Below are positions 13,325 through 25,677 of a DNA stretch of 64,000 nt, piece by piece; positions within the stretch are counted from its first letter, which is position 1; every line of letters begins with the position of its first letter. Origin of the DNA: Chiloscyllium plagiosum (taxonomy: Eukaryota). Both the position numbers and the translations under genes were made by a program. The DNA lies in the NCBI RefSeq assembly GCF_004010195.1, contig NC_057742.1, forward strand, positions 25,334,056 to 25,398,055. The letters are read 5' to 3'. Below the pieces are notes generated by a model. It was not told where the DNA came from, did not search any database, and saw only the letters and a program-made list of their open reading frames with translations.

Positions 13325-14465
13325 AGCCATCTTCCATTTTATATGGAGATCAAAGATGGACCGGGTCCGGAAGGACTTGATATATAAAGATCTGGGCAAC
13401 GGGGGGACAAAATACACCCAATGCCACCCTCACCCTCATGGCCACCTTTGTGTGTGGCTGCATCAAGCTGTGTGTGGATCCCCGGTATGCAAACACCAAG
13501 TGTCACAATGTACTGAGGTTCTACCTGTCCCTGGTGTTGCGAAGGATGGGCCTGGCCTCGCTGCCATGGAACACTCCGAATAGTTGGACCATTCCGTATC
13601 ACCTGTCCTTCATGGAGAAGTTTATGAAGAAAAACACCTTTGACCACAAGTCCATCAGGAAGTGGTCAGGACGTAATGTCCTTGAGACCCTTCAGGAAAA
13701 GGAGAGGGCAGATCCTATCAAGCGGTTTCCTGAGCAGACTGTCAAAGTCATTTGACAGAATGCCTCATTGCCAGAACTTTCCAACAAGCACCAAAACATG
13801 GCTTGGCTGATGGTGAGAAGGGCTCTGCCTGTGAGATCCTTTATGCACGCCCGGACTCTGCCGCACCGCATGCTGTCCTCGAAGTGGCTGCGGGGGGGAC
13901 GAGACTGTCACACACCTCCTTCTGGACTGTGTCTATGCAGAGGAAGTCTGGAGAGAAATGCAGTGGTGTTTGTCGAGGTTCATCCCAAGCAGCGCCGTGA
14001 CGCGGGACTCCGTGCTATACGGTCTGTTCCTCGGGACGCACACCAAGACGAACATCAACTGTGCCTGGAGGATCATCAACTCGGTGAAAGATGCTCTTTG
14101 GTCTGTCCGAAACCTGTTGATCTTCCAACTGAAGGAGTTGACCCCGACTGAGTGTTGCAGACTGGCACATTCCAAGGTCCAGGACTACGTGTCGAGGGAC
14201 GTGCTGCCGCCAAGGCGCGGTGGGGAAAGACCACCGTATAACATCTGCCTGCCTAAGAAGAACAGGGGGCCCATCCAGTCATTTGGGCTCCTCTGACTCC
14301 TCAGCAGAAGAGCTGGATAGTAAATGTACAGACTTGTATATAGGAAAAATAAATTTCGATGTCTGTATGTAAAGCAATGTAATGTGTGCACAAGAATGGC
14401 ATGACTGATTGTATAGAGATCCAAATAATTTTCTGAATAAAGTATATTTTTGAAATATAAAAAAA
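13325..14465 (+). mobile_element. Tx1-clade (L1-like) non-LTR retrotransposon 3' fragment
   Basis: Post-RT ORF2 segment (FIWRSKMDRV.., NGG.., WLMVRRALPVRSF, zinc finger CPRSGCGGDETVTHLLLDC, KDALWSVRN), ending in AATAAA and an A-rich tail at ~14435-14465. Confidence 0.85.
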
Positions 14466-15639
14466 GAAATAACTGCCACAAAGTTAAATTAGCCCCTATC
14501 GATAAAATGAATCAATTTGCTTGTAATTGGCCATAAGTGATTGTTAATTATCTCTGCCAGATTCCCAGCATTTGCGGGCCTGTTGGCCCTCTACCCTATC
14601 TGTGGAATAATAGCCTGGAGGCAGAATGGATCTAAGAAACTAGCATGACAGCTGGTGGATCTGTTTATCCTCCGCTCCCCAACCCCAGTGAGGCTAGAAA
14701 ATTGAGAGCTTAATTTCCCAATTGGATGATATGTTACTGCACATTATGCAACATTTCTCTTACCATCTCATATTTCTACAACAAATAAAAGGCGTTCCAA
14801 GACAGTGAAATAAATGGCCGCTCCTTTTGATGGTATTGCTCCTAAGAAGTCTGTTGATTTACTGGAGATGCCAACCTAGAAGAGTTAGCAACCCAAAAAA
14901 CAGATTATTATATAACTAATAGGGGCCACCTCTTAAATCATCCATGTATAAGCCCAGGCAATCATCTAGATTGGGTCAAAAGCAGAAATCCAATGCTAGG
15001 GCAATGGAAGTTGATCACGAGGTTTTTGTACTTTACCTCTCAATAAGACATCTACTCTTTCAGGTACATTTAGGTCTTCAAACAGCTTCAATCAGTAATT
15101 TGCAAGTCATTAAAGTGCAAATGAATTGGTGAGATTTTAAGCAATGAAACTGATACAGAGACAATTGCTAAAAATTATAAGAGATAGCTAAAGAGTGGAA
15201 ACATCAGACATCCTGCATCAATCCTGATTATTTTAAACTGACATTTCAAATTTTTCCACTGTGTACAAAGAAATGTCCTGATGACTAGATATGGTGTATG
15301 GATTAGACAGGCAGTCAATTACATTCAAGAAAGACGTGCTATTTCTTTGCATTAACCTATTATGTTTCTACCATTCACCATCTGCAACAATCAAATAGTA
15401 TTGACACAATCTGGCTAGAGAAAACTAAATTTTAAGAACAATTAAATTTTGTTTTAGGATAATTCTGACACCAGGAACAAATGGTATAACAGATCTTCCT
15501 TGTGATACTGGACAATGTCTTTTATTGAACTTCTCAAAGTGTAAAGTCAGATTAACATAACAATGATTTCCTGATCTGCTGTGACGAAATAGCGTAAAGC
15601 TGCATTAGGACAATACAGTAATAGAGATGGTGGCAATAC

Positions 15640-15815
15640 AATAGTATTCAGGAAGGAAATCTGTCATTCTTACCTGCTGGATGGTGTCCATGTGACCTAC
15701 AACAATGTGGCCAACACTGAACTGCCCTCTGAAGTGACCGAGCAAGGCATTCGGTTCAGGGAGCTCTTCAGGATTAAGCCAGCAAAGCCCACATCACATG
15801 AAGGAGAGGAATAAA
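15640..15815 (+). mobile_element. Deu-domain SINE 3' fragment
   Basis: GGAAGGAAATCTGTCATTCTTACC...AACTGCCCTCTGAA...CCCACATCACATGAA. Confidence 0.5.
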
Positions 15816-16179
15816 AGAACTTGGTGAGAATTTTCCACCCAAGTAATTCTGCTAATTTGTAACTCTCCACTAAAACACTATTAAAACGGGGTCCATTTGG
15901 TTCTTTATCCATCCCCACACTATTGCTCCACAGCAGTAGTGTTTGTTATTCCCCACAGCTCCTGTGTTGTGCGTGTGAGTGCAAGTGCTGGGACTCAGTG
16001 AAGACACCTTTGTGCAAATTATTTTATTCAATATTTCCACCACCAAGAAAACACCCACGTGGCCAGTCAACCACAGTCAAGCACATCCTGAAAAGGATAA
16101 TGATGACATGAGAAATAAAGTGAAGAGGGATGATAGGGATTAAATCAATATAGGATTGGAGTGGGAAATAAAGCACTCC

Positions 16180-16470
16180 ATGCCCCACAGTGCCCACCTT
16201 TCTCTAAAGACATCAAGAGTATTGGTGGACACCATGTGCTCCCTCTTCAATGAGGTCCGGGCGTGAACATAGCCACAGAAGAGGGACAGTCAGGCAGCAC
16301 AAATGAGCCCCTCCACTGCCCACACCTGCTTATAGCCAGCATGGCCAGGTGTAGGAACAGACCCATGAGGAGATTCTCTGACCTGATGCATGCCTCTGCA
16401 CTGGGTGAGCAAAGATCAGGAGGAAGGGCTGAAGCGTAACCAAAAGCAGAGAGACCGGTTCTTCAGGTAA
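16180..16470 (-). mobile_element. Old Tx1-like LINE fragment
   Basis: Reverse translation LSLFCGYVHARTSLKREHMVST resembles the C-terminus of Tx1-type ORF2. Confidence 0.55.
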
Positions 16471-17153
16471 CTAAAAGTGGATTGCAACCACCGACAACAA
16501 TGTACAACTGGGTCCATTTGAAATGTCAAAGCTGAGATTAATTTTTTTTCATTGAGTTAAGGCTGTTATAGGTTGCAGATAGCACTACAATATAGATCGC
16601 CATAATCTAATGGAATAATGATCCAAGCTTGAGTGGTCAAATGATCTATTCCATGCTATGCTTTTCTGGAAGAATGGAAATCAAGACACAGAAAAATGCC
16701 TCAGAACTGCAAATAAGGATGGGCATTTCCTCATTCTGCCATTCACTATATAAAAGGATGAATACAATCTCCCAGAACATATAAGAGTTCATGTTGCACT
16801 AATACTCAATTTGTCAGAACATTAGAATCTGTTCAGAATGAATACAGACTATAATTGCTTACTGACATACATTTGCAACTCATAAGCCTTTGATTATCTC
16901 TTCTGTTAAATCAATCCTTGATTAAAAGTCTTGAAGTACTTTGATCATGGAACCACATAAGTATTCCAAATGGTTGAAGCAGCTCAATTCTGAAAGCAGT
17001 CTTCACAGCATAAGTGCCCTTAGGTAACATTATCAGCTTAGCAGCATTGGTACCATAAACTGAGTGTATGTAACTGTCATGACAAGGACAACAGATACAT
17101 GGGAATACCAGTGTCTGCAAGTTCCCCTCCAAGGTACTCATCATCCTGACTTG

Positions 17154-18290
17154 ATGTGGAGGAGCCAGTATTAGTCTGAGATGGACAAAGTTAAAAATCA
17201 CAACAGCAGGTTGTAAGCACTAGCTTTCAGAGCACTGCTCCTTCATCAGGTAGTTGTGGAGCAAGACCATAAGGCATAGAATTTATAGCAAAAGATTACA
17301 GTGCCATGCAACTGAAATGATATATTGAACAAACCTAGATTGCTGTTAAGTCTTTCATCTTTTAGAATGGGTTGCAGATTTTGGTCCATTAATATGTAAA
17401 TCCCAGAACTTCTTTTAAATCACATTCTCAGGATAACTGAAGGCTTTATAAAAAAAAGACATCTCAGCTCAGACAATGCAATAAAGGTGTGAAGTAAGAG
17501 TCTGTCTGTATCCCAATCTTGAGTTAGATTGATTCTGTTTCCAAAGTGGAATTTACAAAACATTACATGGATTGACTGCCTGCAGATTGTGCATTTTTTG
17601 AGCAAAGTAGAATGTATCTGCAAATGTAATTCTGCAAATACAAATTCACCCAGGAGACCAAGCAGAAGCTATGACAATGGAAGAAAGGACACTGCGCAAC
17701 AATCATCAGACAGGGGTGCTCCCTCCCAGTCAGGGAACACTTCAGCGGTCAGGGATATTTGGCCTCGAATCTCCAAGGCAGACTTCGGGATAGGCAACAA
17801 CGCAAAGTGGCCAAGCAGAGGCTGATAGCCAAGTTTGGTATCCATGGGGATGGCTTCAACCAGGACCTTGGGTTCATGTGACACTACAGGTGACCCCGTT
17901 ACACTATACTCTCTCTCACATACTCATGCAGACCCTCTGTCATACACACAGTCTCTCTCGTACATACACACACACATACACACGCATATACCTACTCACA
18001 GACTTATATTCCATCACACTCAAACTTTACCAAGCTCGCACACGTGCAAACTCACACTTTCTCTCATGCACACACATGTCTATAGGGTGAATTTCTATGT
18101 GCATAATTATATTTGCAGATAGATTCTATTTTGCTCATTTTACTTGCATGACACTGTAACCTTTTGCTATAAATTCTGTGGTTCAGCTCCACAACTCTCT
18201 GATGAAGGAGCAATGGTCCAAATGCTAGTGCTTCCAAATAAACCTGTTGGACAATAACGTGGTTTTGTGTGATTTTTAACTTTGTCCACT
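17154..18290 (+). mobile_element. Penelope-like element with inverted pseudo-LTR, GIY-YIG remnant and (CA)n-rich tract
   Basis: 17650-17893 translates GETKQKL..SLPVREHFSGQG..RKVAKQRLIAKFG..GFNQDLGF. The segments 17183-17650 and 18085-18288 are partly inverted copies. Flanked by direct repeat CTGACTTG (17146-17153, 18291-18298) inside an older LINE tail. Confidence 0.88.
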
Positions 18291-19254
18291 CTGACTTGGA
18301 AGTATGTTGCCATTCCTTCAGTGTTGCTGGGTCAATATTGTGGATATACTTACACCAAAGTGGTTCAACAAGGCTGCTCACTTCTACCTTCTCAATGTTA
18401 TCCATTCTTATTTGTACGCGTTATTTGAGCCAAATACAAATTAGTTGCTAGATATCACAATTGTCTACACTTCAGAAAGTATTTCATTGGCTACAAAGCA
18501 CTTTGAGATGTCTCGATTGGGGTTATGTAAAAGATATTGTAAATGGAAGGCTTGCTTTTGTAAATAACACTCATTCTCCTTCTCAACATATATTAATGCA
18601 GTTCCTTCCCGTGTTACCCACAATTAACTACTTTATTCAGTCAATTGTTTCACCTGTTGACTCTAAGGCAGAGAGAAAGCATTTTTATTGTTCTGTTTGA
18701 GGCTTGTGAACTTTTATATTGAACATTCATTTCCACAGTGATTACAGAAGTTCAAAGAGACTACTTCAGTGGTTATTATCTACACCTTTCATTTCGTAAA
18801 AAGTTTTATATTACATTCTTCTCAGTCTTATCTTCTTTTTAAAAAGAAAAATTGGTAAAGCCAACTCTCTTCATATTTCATGTCCCGAAGACAAGGCTTC
18901 TCAAACTGGAGGCCAGAATCCCAAGTGAGTTTGCATGCAGAAATGTTAGTATTGTGAACTCTGGGGCAGCAATAGCAGCCATTGACCTCTGACCCAGTTA
19001 TAAAAGCTGTGCTCCAACTCAAAGACACCAGCTCTCACAGAGGGGACTCAACATTTCAGCCTCAGAGTGGGTTCACAACAAGGAAGGGTTCCTGATGTAA
19101 TACCCTCATGTCTGTAAGTATTCTTGCTATAGTTACATGAAGTCTTTGAGTATTATAAATCCGTTTAAGATTCCATGACCAATGCGTCTCACTGGTTGCA
19201 GTTGTGTACTCTAACATTACTACAATTTATTACCTAATGGCCTTCAGTCATCGT

Positions 19255-20035
19255 ATTGACCAATGCTTTATAGTTAGGGAGACAGATAGGAGGATCTGTG
19301 GGAATGAGAGAGATTCATGGTTGGTGTGTTGCCTCCCAGGAGCCAGGGTTCCTGATGTCTCTGATTGTGTTTTCTGGATTCTTGAGGGGGAAGGGGAGCA
19401 GCCCCAAGTCATGGTCCATGTAGGTACTAATGACATAGGGAAGAAAAGGGATGGGGATTTAAGGCAGAAATTCAGGGAGCTAGGGTGGAAGCTTAGTGCT
19501 AGAACAAACAGAGTTGTTATCTCTGGCTTGTTGCCTGTGACACGTGCTAGCGAGGCGAGGAATAGGGAGAGACAGGAGTTGGACATGTGGCTACAGGGAT
19601 GGAGCAGAACAGAGGGTTTTGGATACCTGGATTATTGGGCCTCATTCTGGGAATGGTGGGACCTCTACAAACAGATGGTCTACAACAGAGCCAGAAGGGT
19701 ACCAATATCCCAGAGGGGAAATTTACTAATGCTATTTGGGAGAGTTTAAACTAATTCAGCAGGCAGATGGGAACCTAAATTATAGTTCCAGTTTCCAGAA
19801 GGTTGAATGTAGTGAAGTAAAAATATGGCTTTAAGGTCACAAGAGTTCACTGGGAAGCAGGAAGGTGGTTTGAAGTGTGTCTACTTCAACACTAGGAGCA
19901 TCCGGAATAAGGTGGGTGACCTTGCAGCATGGGTTGGTACCTGGAACTTCAATGTTTTGGCCATTTCAGGGACATGGATAGAGCAAGGACAGGAATGGTT
20001 GCCACAGGTTCTGGGATTTAGATGTTTCAATCAAG
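19255..20035 (+). mobile_element. CR1 LINE 5' part: ORF1 SGNH esterase and start of ORF2 APE endonuclease
   Basis: VCCLPGARV..VHVGTNDIG..VVISGLLPV (esterase), then LKCVYFNTRSIRNK..LAISGTW (APE N-terminus). Confidence 0.92.
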
Positions 20036-20399
20036 ATTCTCAGGAAAGGTTCCTTAAATGGTAGAATAAGTATTAAAGGTGCAGGTTTTATTACTGCCTG
20101 TGATTTTTTGATAAGCTGACACGTATGATACATCTGGCAAAATTCAACTTCATCTTTGTGTAGTCCAAGCTACTAAAAATGTCTTTGTATTTTAGCCTGT
20201 GTTTTCCTCACCCCTAAAAGACCTCCAAGTGGTAGATCATGCACCACTGCAGCACCTCCTTTATATACTCTACTGGCAAAATAAATTGATGAATCTCTGC
20301 CCATTTCTCACTCTCTTGAATGTGAGATGGTCTCCATTTCCTCATTACGACAGCATTTGCTCAGTAATAACAGACAGGGATGCATTCACTTTCTTTCTT

Positions 20400-22453
20400 T
20401 TTTTGTATATGCCTTTTGATATAACTGTTTTAACTACTCATCTTTCTGCTGTAATTCAATCAACTTCGTAGAGCTAAAAATACTTGCATGTTTACCTATT
20501 TGCTCGTTCTGTGTTCCACTTATCTGATCAAAAGCAAGTTTCAGATAACTCTATGTCAGCTTCCTTATTTATGCCTTTTGATCTCCCCGCTTCAGCTAAT
20601 GCCTCTGTGATCTTGTGATCTCACAATCTGGGAAAATTCCTGGATAAACATTCTCCATGGCTTCAATTGCCTGTGTCTCCACTTGCTTTTCAACTAGAGT
20701 AGGCAGCACGCCTACCGGTGAATCAGCTATATCATTTGCAAGGACAAATTGTATTCCTGGAGCTGAGAGTATGTCCAGTACTCCTACCACAGATTCTCCA
20801 TGCTTCTCTGGACTCTCTAGCCTCACTTTACATAATTGAGCACTTTTTGTCTCACCATGAATTTCTGTTACCAGTACCTTCTCTGGCAATAGTCTCTCTG
20901 GCAATATCTCCTCATCCTTCAGCATTACAGACTGAAAGGATCCTATGTCCCCCTTAATATTGTAACTTCTTTACCTGCTACTCCTGGCTGATGTAAATAA
21001 ACTGTACCCTTGCATGTATATTTTTTAAGCAGATCTGGCACTTCCTCCTTAATCAATCTCTGATCATCTTGTACACTCTGAGGCAGTTGTCTAACTTCTC
21101 TTATGCTTTTTGTTACTGGTCCAACAAATCTCCCAGACTTGTCTGGTTTTCCTACACCTGACTTTCTCCTAGCCCACCAGCACTGTGATTTTGTGTGGCC
21201 CACTTTATTACAATGAAAGGACCAGAGTATTTTCACTACTTTGTCCCCCTCAAGGGTTTCTTTTTTACCCGGTGGTAAATTATCCTGATGATCTTCACTG
21301 AGATATATCTTTCCCTTTCCACATGAGGATTCCTCTTTGCCCCAATTTCTATCCCTCATGGACTGAAATTGATTCTGGAAACCAAACTGAGTCTTATGGA
21401 CCAGCTCATAATCATTAGCCACTTCAGCTGCTAACCTCTCTGTTTGAACTCTCTGCTCTTCCACATCAGTTCGCACAACTTCAGGCAGTGAAGTTTTGAA
21501 TTCCTCCAAAATAATTACCTCTCTAAGGGCATCATAGGTTTGCTCGATTTTTAAAGCTCTTATCTATCGATTGAAATTATTCTGTTTGATCCTTTCAAAC
21601 TCAATATAGGTTTGACCAGGATCCCTCCTTAGATTCCTGAAACGCTGTCTGGAGGCTGCTGGTACAAGCTCTTGTGCACTTAAAATGGCTTTCTTCACCT
21701 CCTCATACTCCCCAGATCCCTCCTCTGATTGGGATGCAAATACCTCACCAGCCCTACCTACAAGTTTCATTTGGATCAACAAAACCCACTTTGCCACTGA
21801 CCACTGCATTTGTTTAGCTAACTTTTTAAATGAGATGAAAAGGGCTTCCACATCCTTCTCATCAAATTTAGGCAATGCTTGAACATACTTAAACAGTTTC
21901 TCACATGGCTTCTGACTCCTCACTCTCTCCCTCACTAAGCCTACTCTCACCTTTATCTCCAGCCTTTTACGCTGACATAACTTTTTTAAATGTCAGTTTT
22001 TGAAGTTCAAAAGCTCTCTCTTTTTCTCTCTGTTCTGCTGCTATCTCTTTTTCCCTCTCTTCTGCTTATAATCATTAAGTCAAACTGTTTCATTTCTGCT
22101 GTCCTTTCCTTATTTCTCGCCTCTAACTCAAGCTGCTTCGTTTGCAATTGAATACTTGCCATCTCTATAGATTCTGATGGTTTCTCCAGCAAGTTTAAAT
22201 GCTGAGCTACTGCTGTAATTATCTCTCCTTTCCTCACAGAAGCAGGCAGTTCCAATTCCAGCTTCTCCGCAACTTGGTTTTATTCACTTTTTGCAAAACT
22301 TCCAAAGTCACTGCATCCACATCCAGAAAACATTTGGTGACTGAAAGAGCCATTACTATCCCAAACTTTGTCTACCCAACCAAGCCAACACCTGAAATAA
22401 AGACACTAGCACCTACCACTCACTGTTTTAAATCCCGCAAAGAGCCTGCAATC
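20400..22453 (-). mobile_element. Gypsy (Gmr1-like) LTR retrotransposon internal region: SCAN-type gag, zinc knuckle, protease; 3' truncated
   Basis: PKFDEKDVEALF..FKKLA..W..W..L.G.A..Y EEVKKAIL..RQRFRN, then EEFKTSLP..VEEQ..AAEVANDY (capsid/SCAN), HCNKVGHTKSQC knuckle, and ILRG.. / FVLANDI protease remnants. Multiple frameshifts. No RT or integrase seen. Confidence 0.88.
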
Positions 22454-23100
22454 TGCTATGGAGTAAGCCAGACCACTCAAAACATTCTTAAGCAGGTAGC
22501 CCCAGGTCCTAACTTTGCAAATTGTTTTGGTAAGTGTACAGTGAAAATTACCCAGATTAAGTTAGCTAGGTTGACCACTAGATTTTAAAACAGACAAAAT
22601 TTATTCACAACATTACACAATGAAACACAAAGAACAGAATAAAGAACCCCTACGGAACTCAACCTATCCAACTAGATTTAATTATGTTGTTCCGAATATA
22701 CACAACAGCCCCAATAACAAACTCCTTTTATAACCCAGTATAAATGGAACACACGCTTACAGGTTAAAGTTGAAGGGCAGAAAAGAGAGAGAGTTTCCAC
22801 ACAGCTCCCTGTTGAACTTCCCAGTTCAAGACTAAACTAAAACTGCTCAGCCCAGCTCATCCAGAGAGCTGACCACTCCCCTTTCATTATACAGATCACT
22901 TCTAAAACATGACCACTTTGCCCAGAAGTCTCATCTGTTTACTTATAAACAAAAGGCCTCTCAAAAGCCTTTTCACCTCTGTACCAAACCAGACTGATCG
23001 GAGCCCGGCCCGGTTTATTGCCCCTCTGAAAAAAATCAAGGATAAGGTCGCCTTGAGCCAAGGAACAGCTTTTAGAAAAAAAGGGACTAGTTTTGTGACA
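22454..23100 (-). mobile_element. 5' LTR of the Gmr1-like element
   Basis: On the minus strand it starts TGTCACAA and ends ATAGCA, contains AATAAA, and is followed by TTGCAGGCTCTTTGCGGGAT, a degenerate tRNA-Pro PBS (TGGGGGCTCGTCCGGGAT). Confidence 0.8.
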
Positions 23101-23729
23101 AAACAAGATTAATTTCTTTTCAAATGCATTCAATCAACTTTCTGCTTGCTTCCTCAAAAGAATACTTCAGCATCAAGCACTGCAAAGATCTTCGTATACC
23201 AATTTTATGTGCTTTAAACACAATGGTACATTTAAGAATTCCAATTTCACATGTTCTTATAATTTCAGGCTCAGTAACCCAAAGGAGCTCTCAGTCTTCT
23301 ATTTTGCATGGTCATCAGGTTCGTTTACAAGCCATGGCCAGCCCCTTCTTGGTCAGGGGTGCACCTGATTTGGAATGACCATTGCTCACTTTCACAGTGG
23401 TTAGAATTCAGGCTGTTACAATTATAATTTCAAATCTGCTGAAACCACTTACCACAGAGAGGATGAAGCCAGGTGAACAAAGTCATTGTCGGAACAAAAC
23501 AGAAGTTTATAGTATGTTTCGTGGCATTTTAGTTGCTGTCATGTACAGAGATGGAGGGGCTCTCCTTTACATTCGATTAGGAACAAGTTATAGAAGCAAC
23601 CCTGAAGAAAGGTCATTTTAATAATCTAATTTCATTCGGAAGGAGGAATTTTCTCCAAAACCAAAATCCCTTTGTTTATTTCTCCTTAGGACGTGAGTAT
23701 TGCTGGCATTCTCTACCCAGCTCTGACTT

Positions 23730-23960
23730 TTTCCACAGGATGAGAGCATCACTGGCTAGTTTAGTATTTATTGCCCATCCTTACTTGCCCAAAAGGCAGT
23801 TAAGAGTCAATCACATTGCAATGGGTCTGAAGTCACAAATAGGCCAGACCAGCGAAGGATAGCAGATTTCTCTCCCGAAACGGTAAAAAAAATTAACAAT
23901 AGTTGCCATTAAGCTTGCGTTTCATTCCATATTCGTAATGAATTCAAATTTCGCTCGCAG
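23730..23960 (-). mobile_element. Deu-domain SINE (SacSINE1-like), diverged
   Basis: TTATTGCCCATCC..GGCAGTTAAGAGTCAATCACATTG..AGGCCAGACC..GCAGATTTC is the reverse complement of the family core. Confidence 0.6.
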
Positions 23961-23967
23961 TTTTTTT

Positions 23968-24278
23968 TATATTAGATTCCCTACAGTGTGGAAACAGGCC
24001 CTTCAGCCCAACAATTCCACACCGACCCTCCAAAGAGTAAACCACCCAGTCCCATTTCCCTCTTACTAATGCACCTAACACTATGGGCAATTTATCATGG
24101 CCAATTCACCTGGCCTGCACATCTTTGGACTGTGGGAGGAAACCAGAGCACCTGGAGGAAACCCACGCAGACAAAGGGAGAATGTGCAAACTCTACACAG
24201 ACAGTCACCCGAGGCTGGAATCAAACCTGGGACCCTGGTACTGTGAGGCAACAGTGCTAATCACTGAGCCACCATGCT
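23968..24278 (-). mobile_element. HE1-type SINE
   Basis: Full match on the reverse strand. Confidence 0.9.
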
Positions 24279-24349
24279 GTTATGATGGAATTTGAACACA
24301 ATTCAAGGTTCTGGATTATTAATCCAGTTACTATCAAAATATCCCCACT

Positions 24350-24605
24350 TCCAAATTGCTCGATAAAGTGGTGGGAGGCCATCTTCTTGACCCGCTGTAG
24401 TCCATGGTATGTAGGGACTCTCAGTGTGTTTTAGAACCATGTTCCAAGATTCTGATCCAGTGACAGAGAAAAAACAGCATGTAGTTTCAATTCAGGATGG
24501 CTTGGAGGAAAACTTGTGGGTGGTGGTGTTCTAATTGTCTGCTGTCCTATTCTTCTTCGTAATAAAGCTTGGGGATTTGGAAAGTGCTGTCAAAGGAGTC
24601 TTTGT
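24350..24605 (-). mobile_element. Old LINE 3' fragment (same family as 59470-59990)
   Basis: GGTGGGAGGCCATCTTCTTGA..GTTTCAATTCAGGATG..GTGCTGTCAAAGGA is shared with 59470-59990. Confidence 0.55.
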
Positions 24606-25677
24606 TCTGCTCTTCAGTGACAGCAGCTTTCAACATCCATTTATAGTTTCAAACTAAATGGCTCCACACACTGCTCAAAATCATATCGGTTCATTGTTGC
24701 GTCATTGAGGCATTTGATAGAAAATTCTAAGTGCCAGTCCATCATTTATGAACTATTGTATTCAAGACTGAACAGTAATTTGTTCGTCCCAACTATCTCA
24801 AGGATGCAAATAATTCAGCAGCTATCTTCGTATTGCAGCTATCATTGATGATGGCATCCATTAACATCTGATCAGGCCCGTCAACATTTTCAAATAGACC
24901 TGCTGCATAACAAAATATTGACACAGCAGTCCAAAAAAAATGGAACTGTCGTTGTCAATTATTTTTAATTATACTTCATCAAGCTACACTTCAATTGAGT
25001 CAGGGATTGTGATAAAGCAGTTAAATATCGCTTATTTGATTGGTTGAGAATCCAGCAAGTAATTTAAACCACATTGCAGGGAGAGGTCACCTACAGCCAT
25101 CACATATGCCAATTTTTTTAAATATTCAATGTGTTTACAGGTTTATGTTTACAGATGATGCAAAAGCAGAAAATAATTTCTTTTGGAAAGCTACAAAGGA
25201 AATGTCCAAATGCTTTGTTTTATCTGATGCCAAAGTGATGACAACTGAGTTGCTTCACTTTTGAAAGATCAGCAACATCAGTTTGGCATATCCCCTCTAA
25301 AGCTGCAGCATAAGCAGTGGGGGAAACTAGAAAAGAAAGGATAAATAGGTGTTGAAACATCAAAATGTTCAAAAGTTATAGAATGGGGAGACAGGATTCC
25401 AACTTGAGCCAGTTTGGGGATCAGAATAGAGACTGAAATACAAAGAGAAATGAAATTAATGAGGAAATGAGACATGTGAGAGAGGTATATGTCAAACCAA
25501 AGGACGAAATAAAAGATGAAGATGAAATAGAGATTCAAAGAACATTTCTTTGTCATCTTGTTTTTTGTCATCTTGCAAAATAAACAGATCAGTTCCCATG
25601 ATTATATGGATGACAGAAAATTACAAACAAATTTTGCTTTCTGCAAGTTACCTGATAACTGAGTGTTTCAAATTGAA

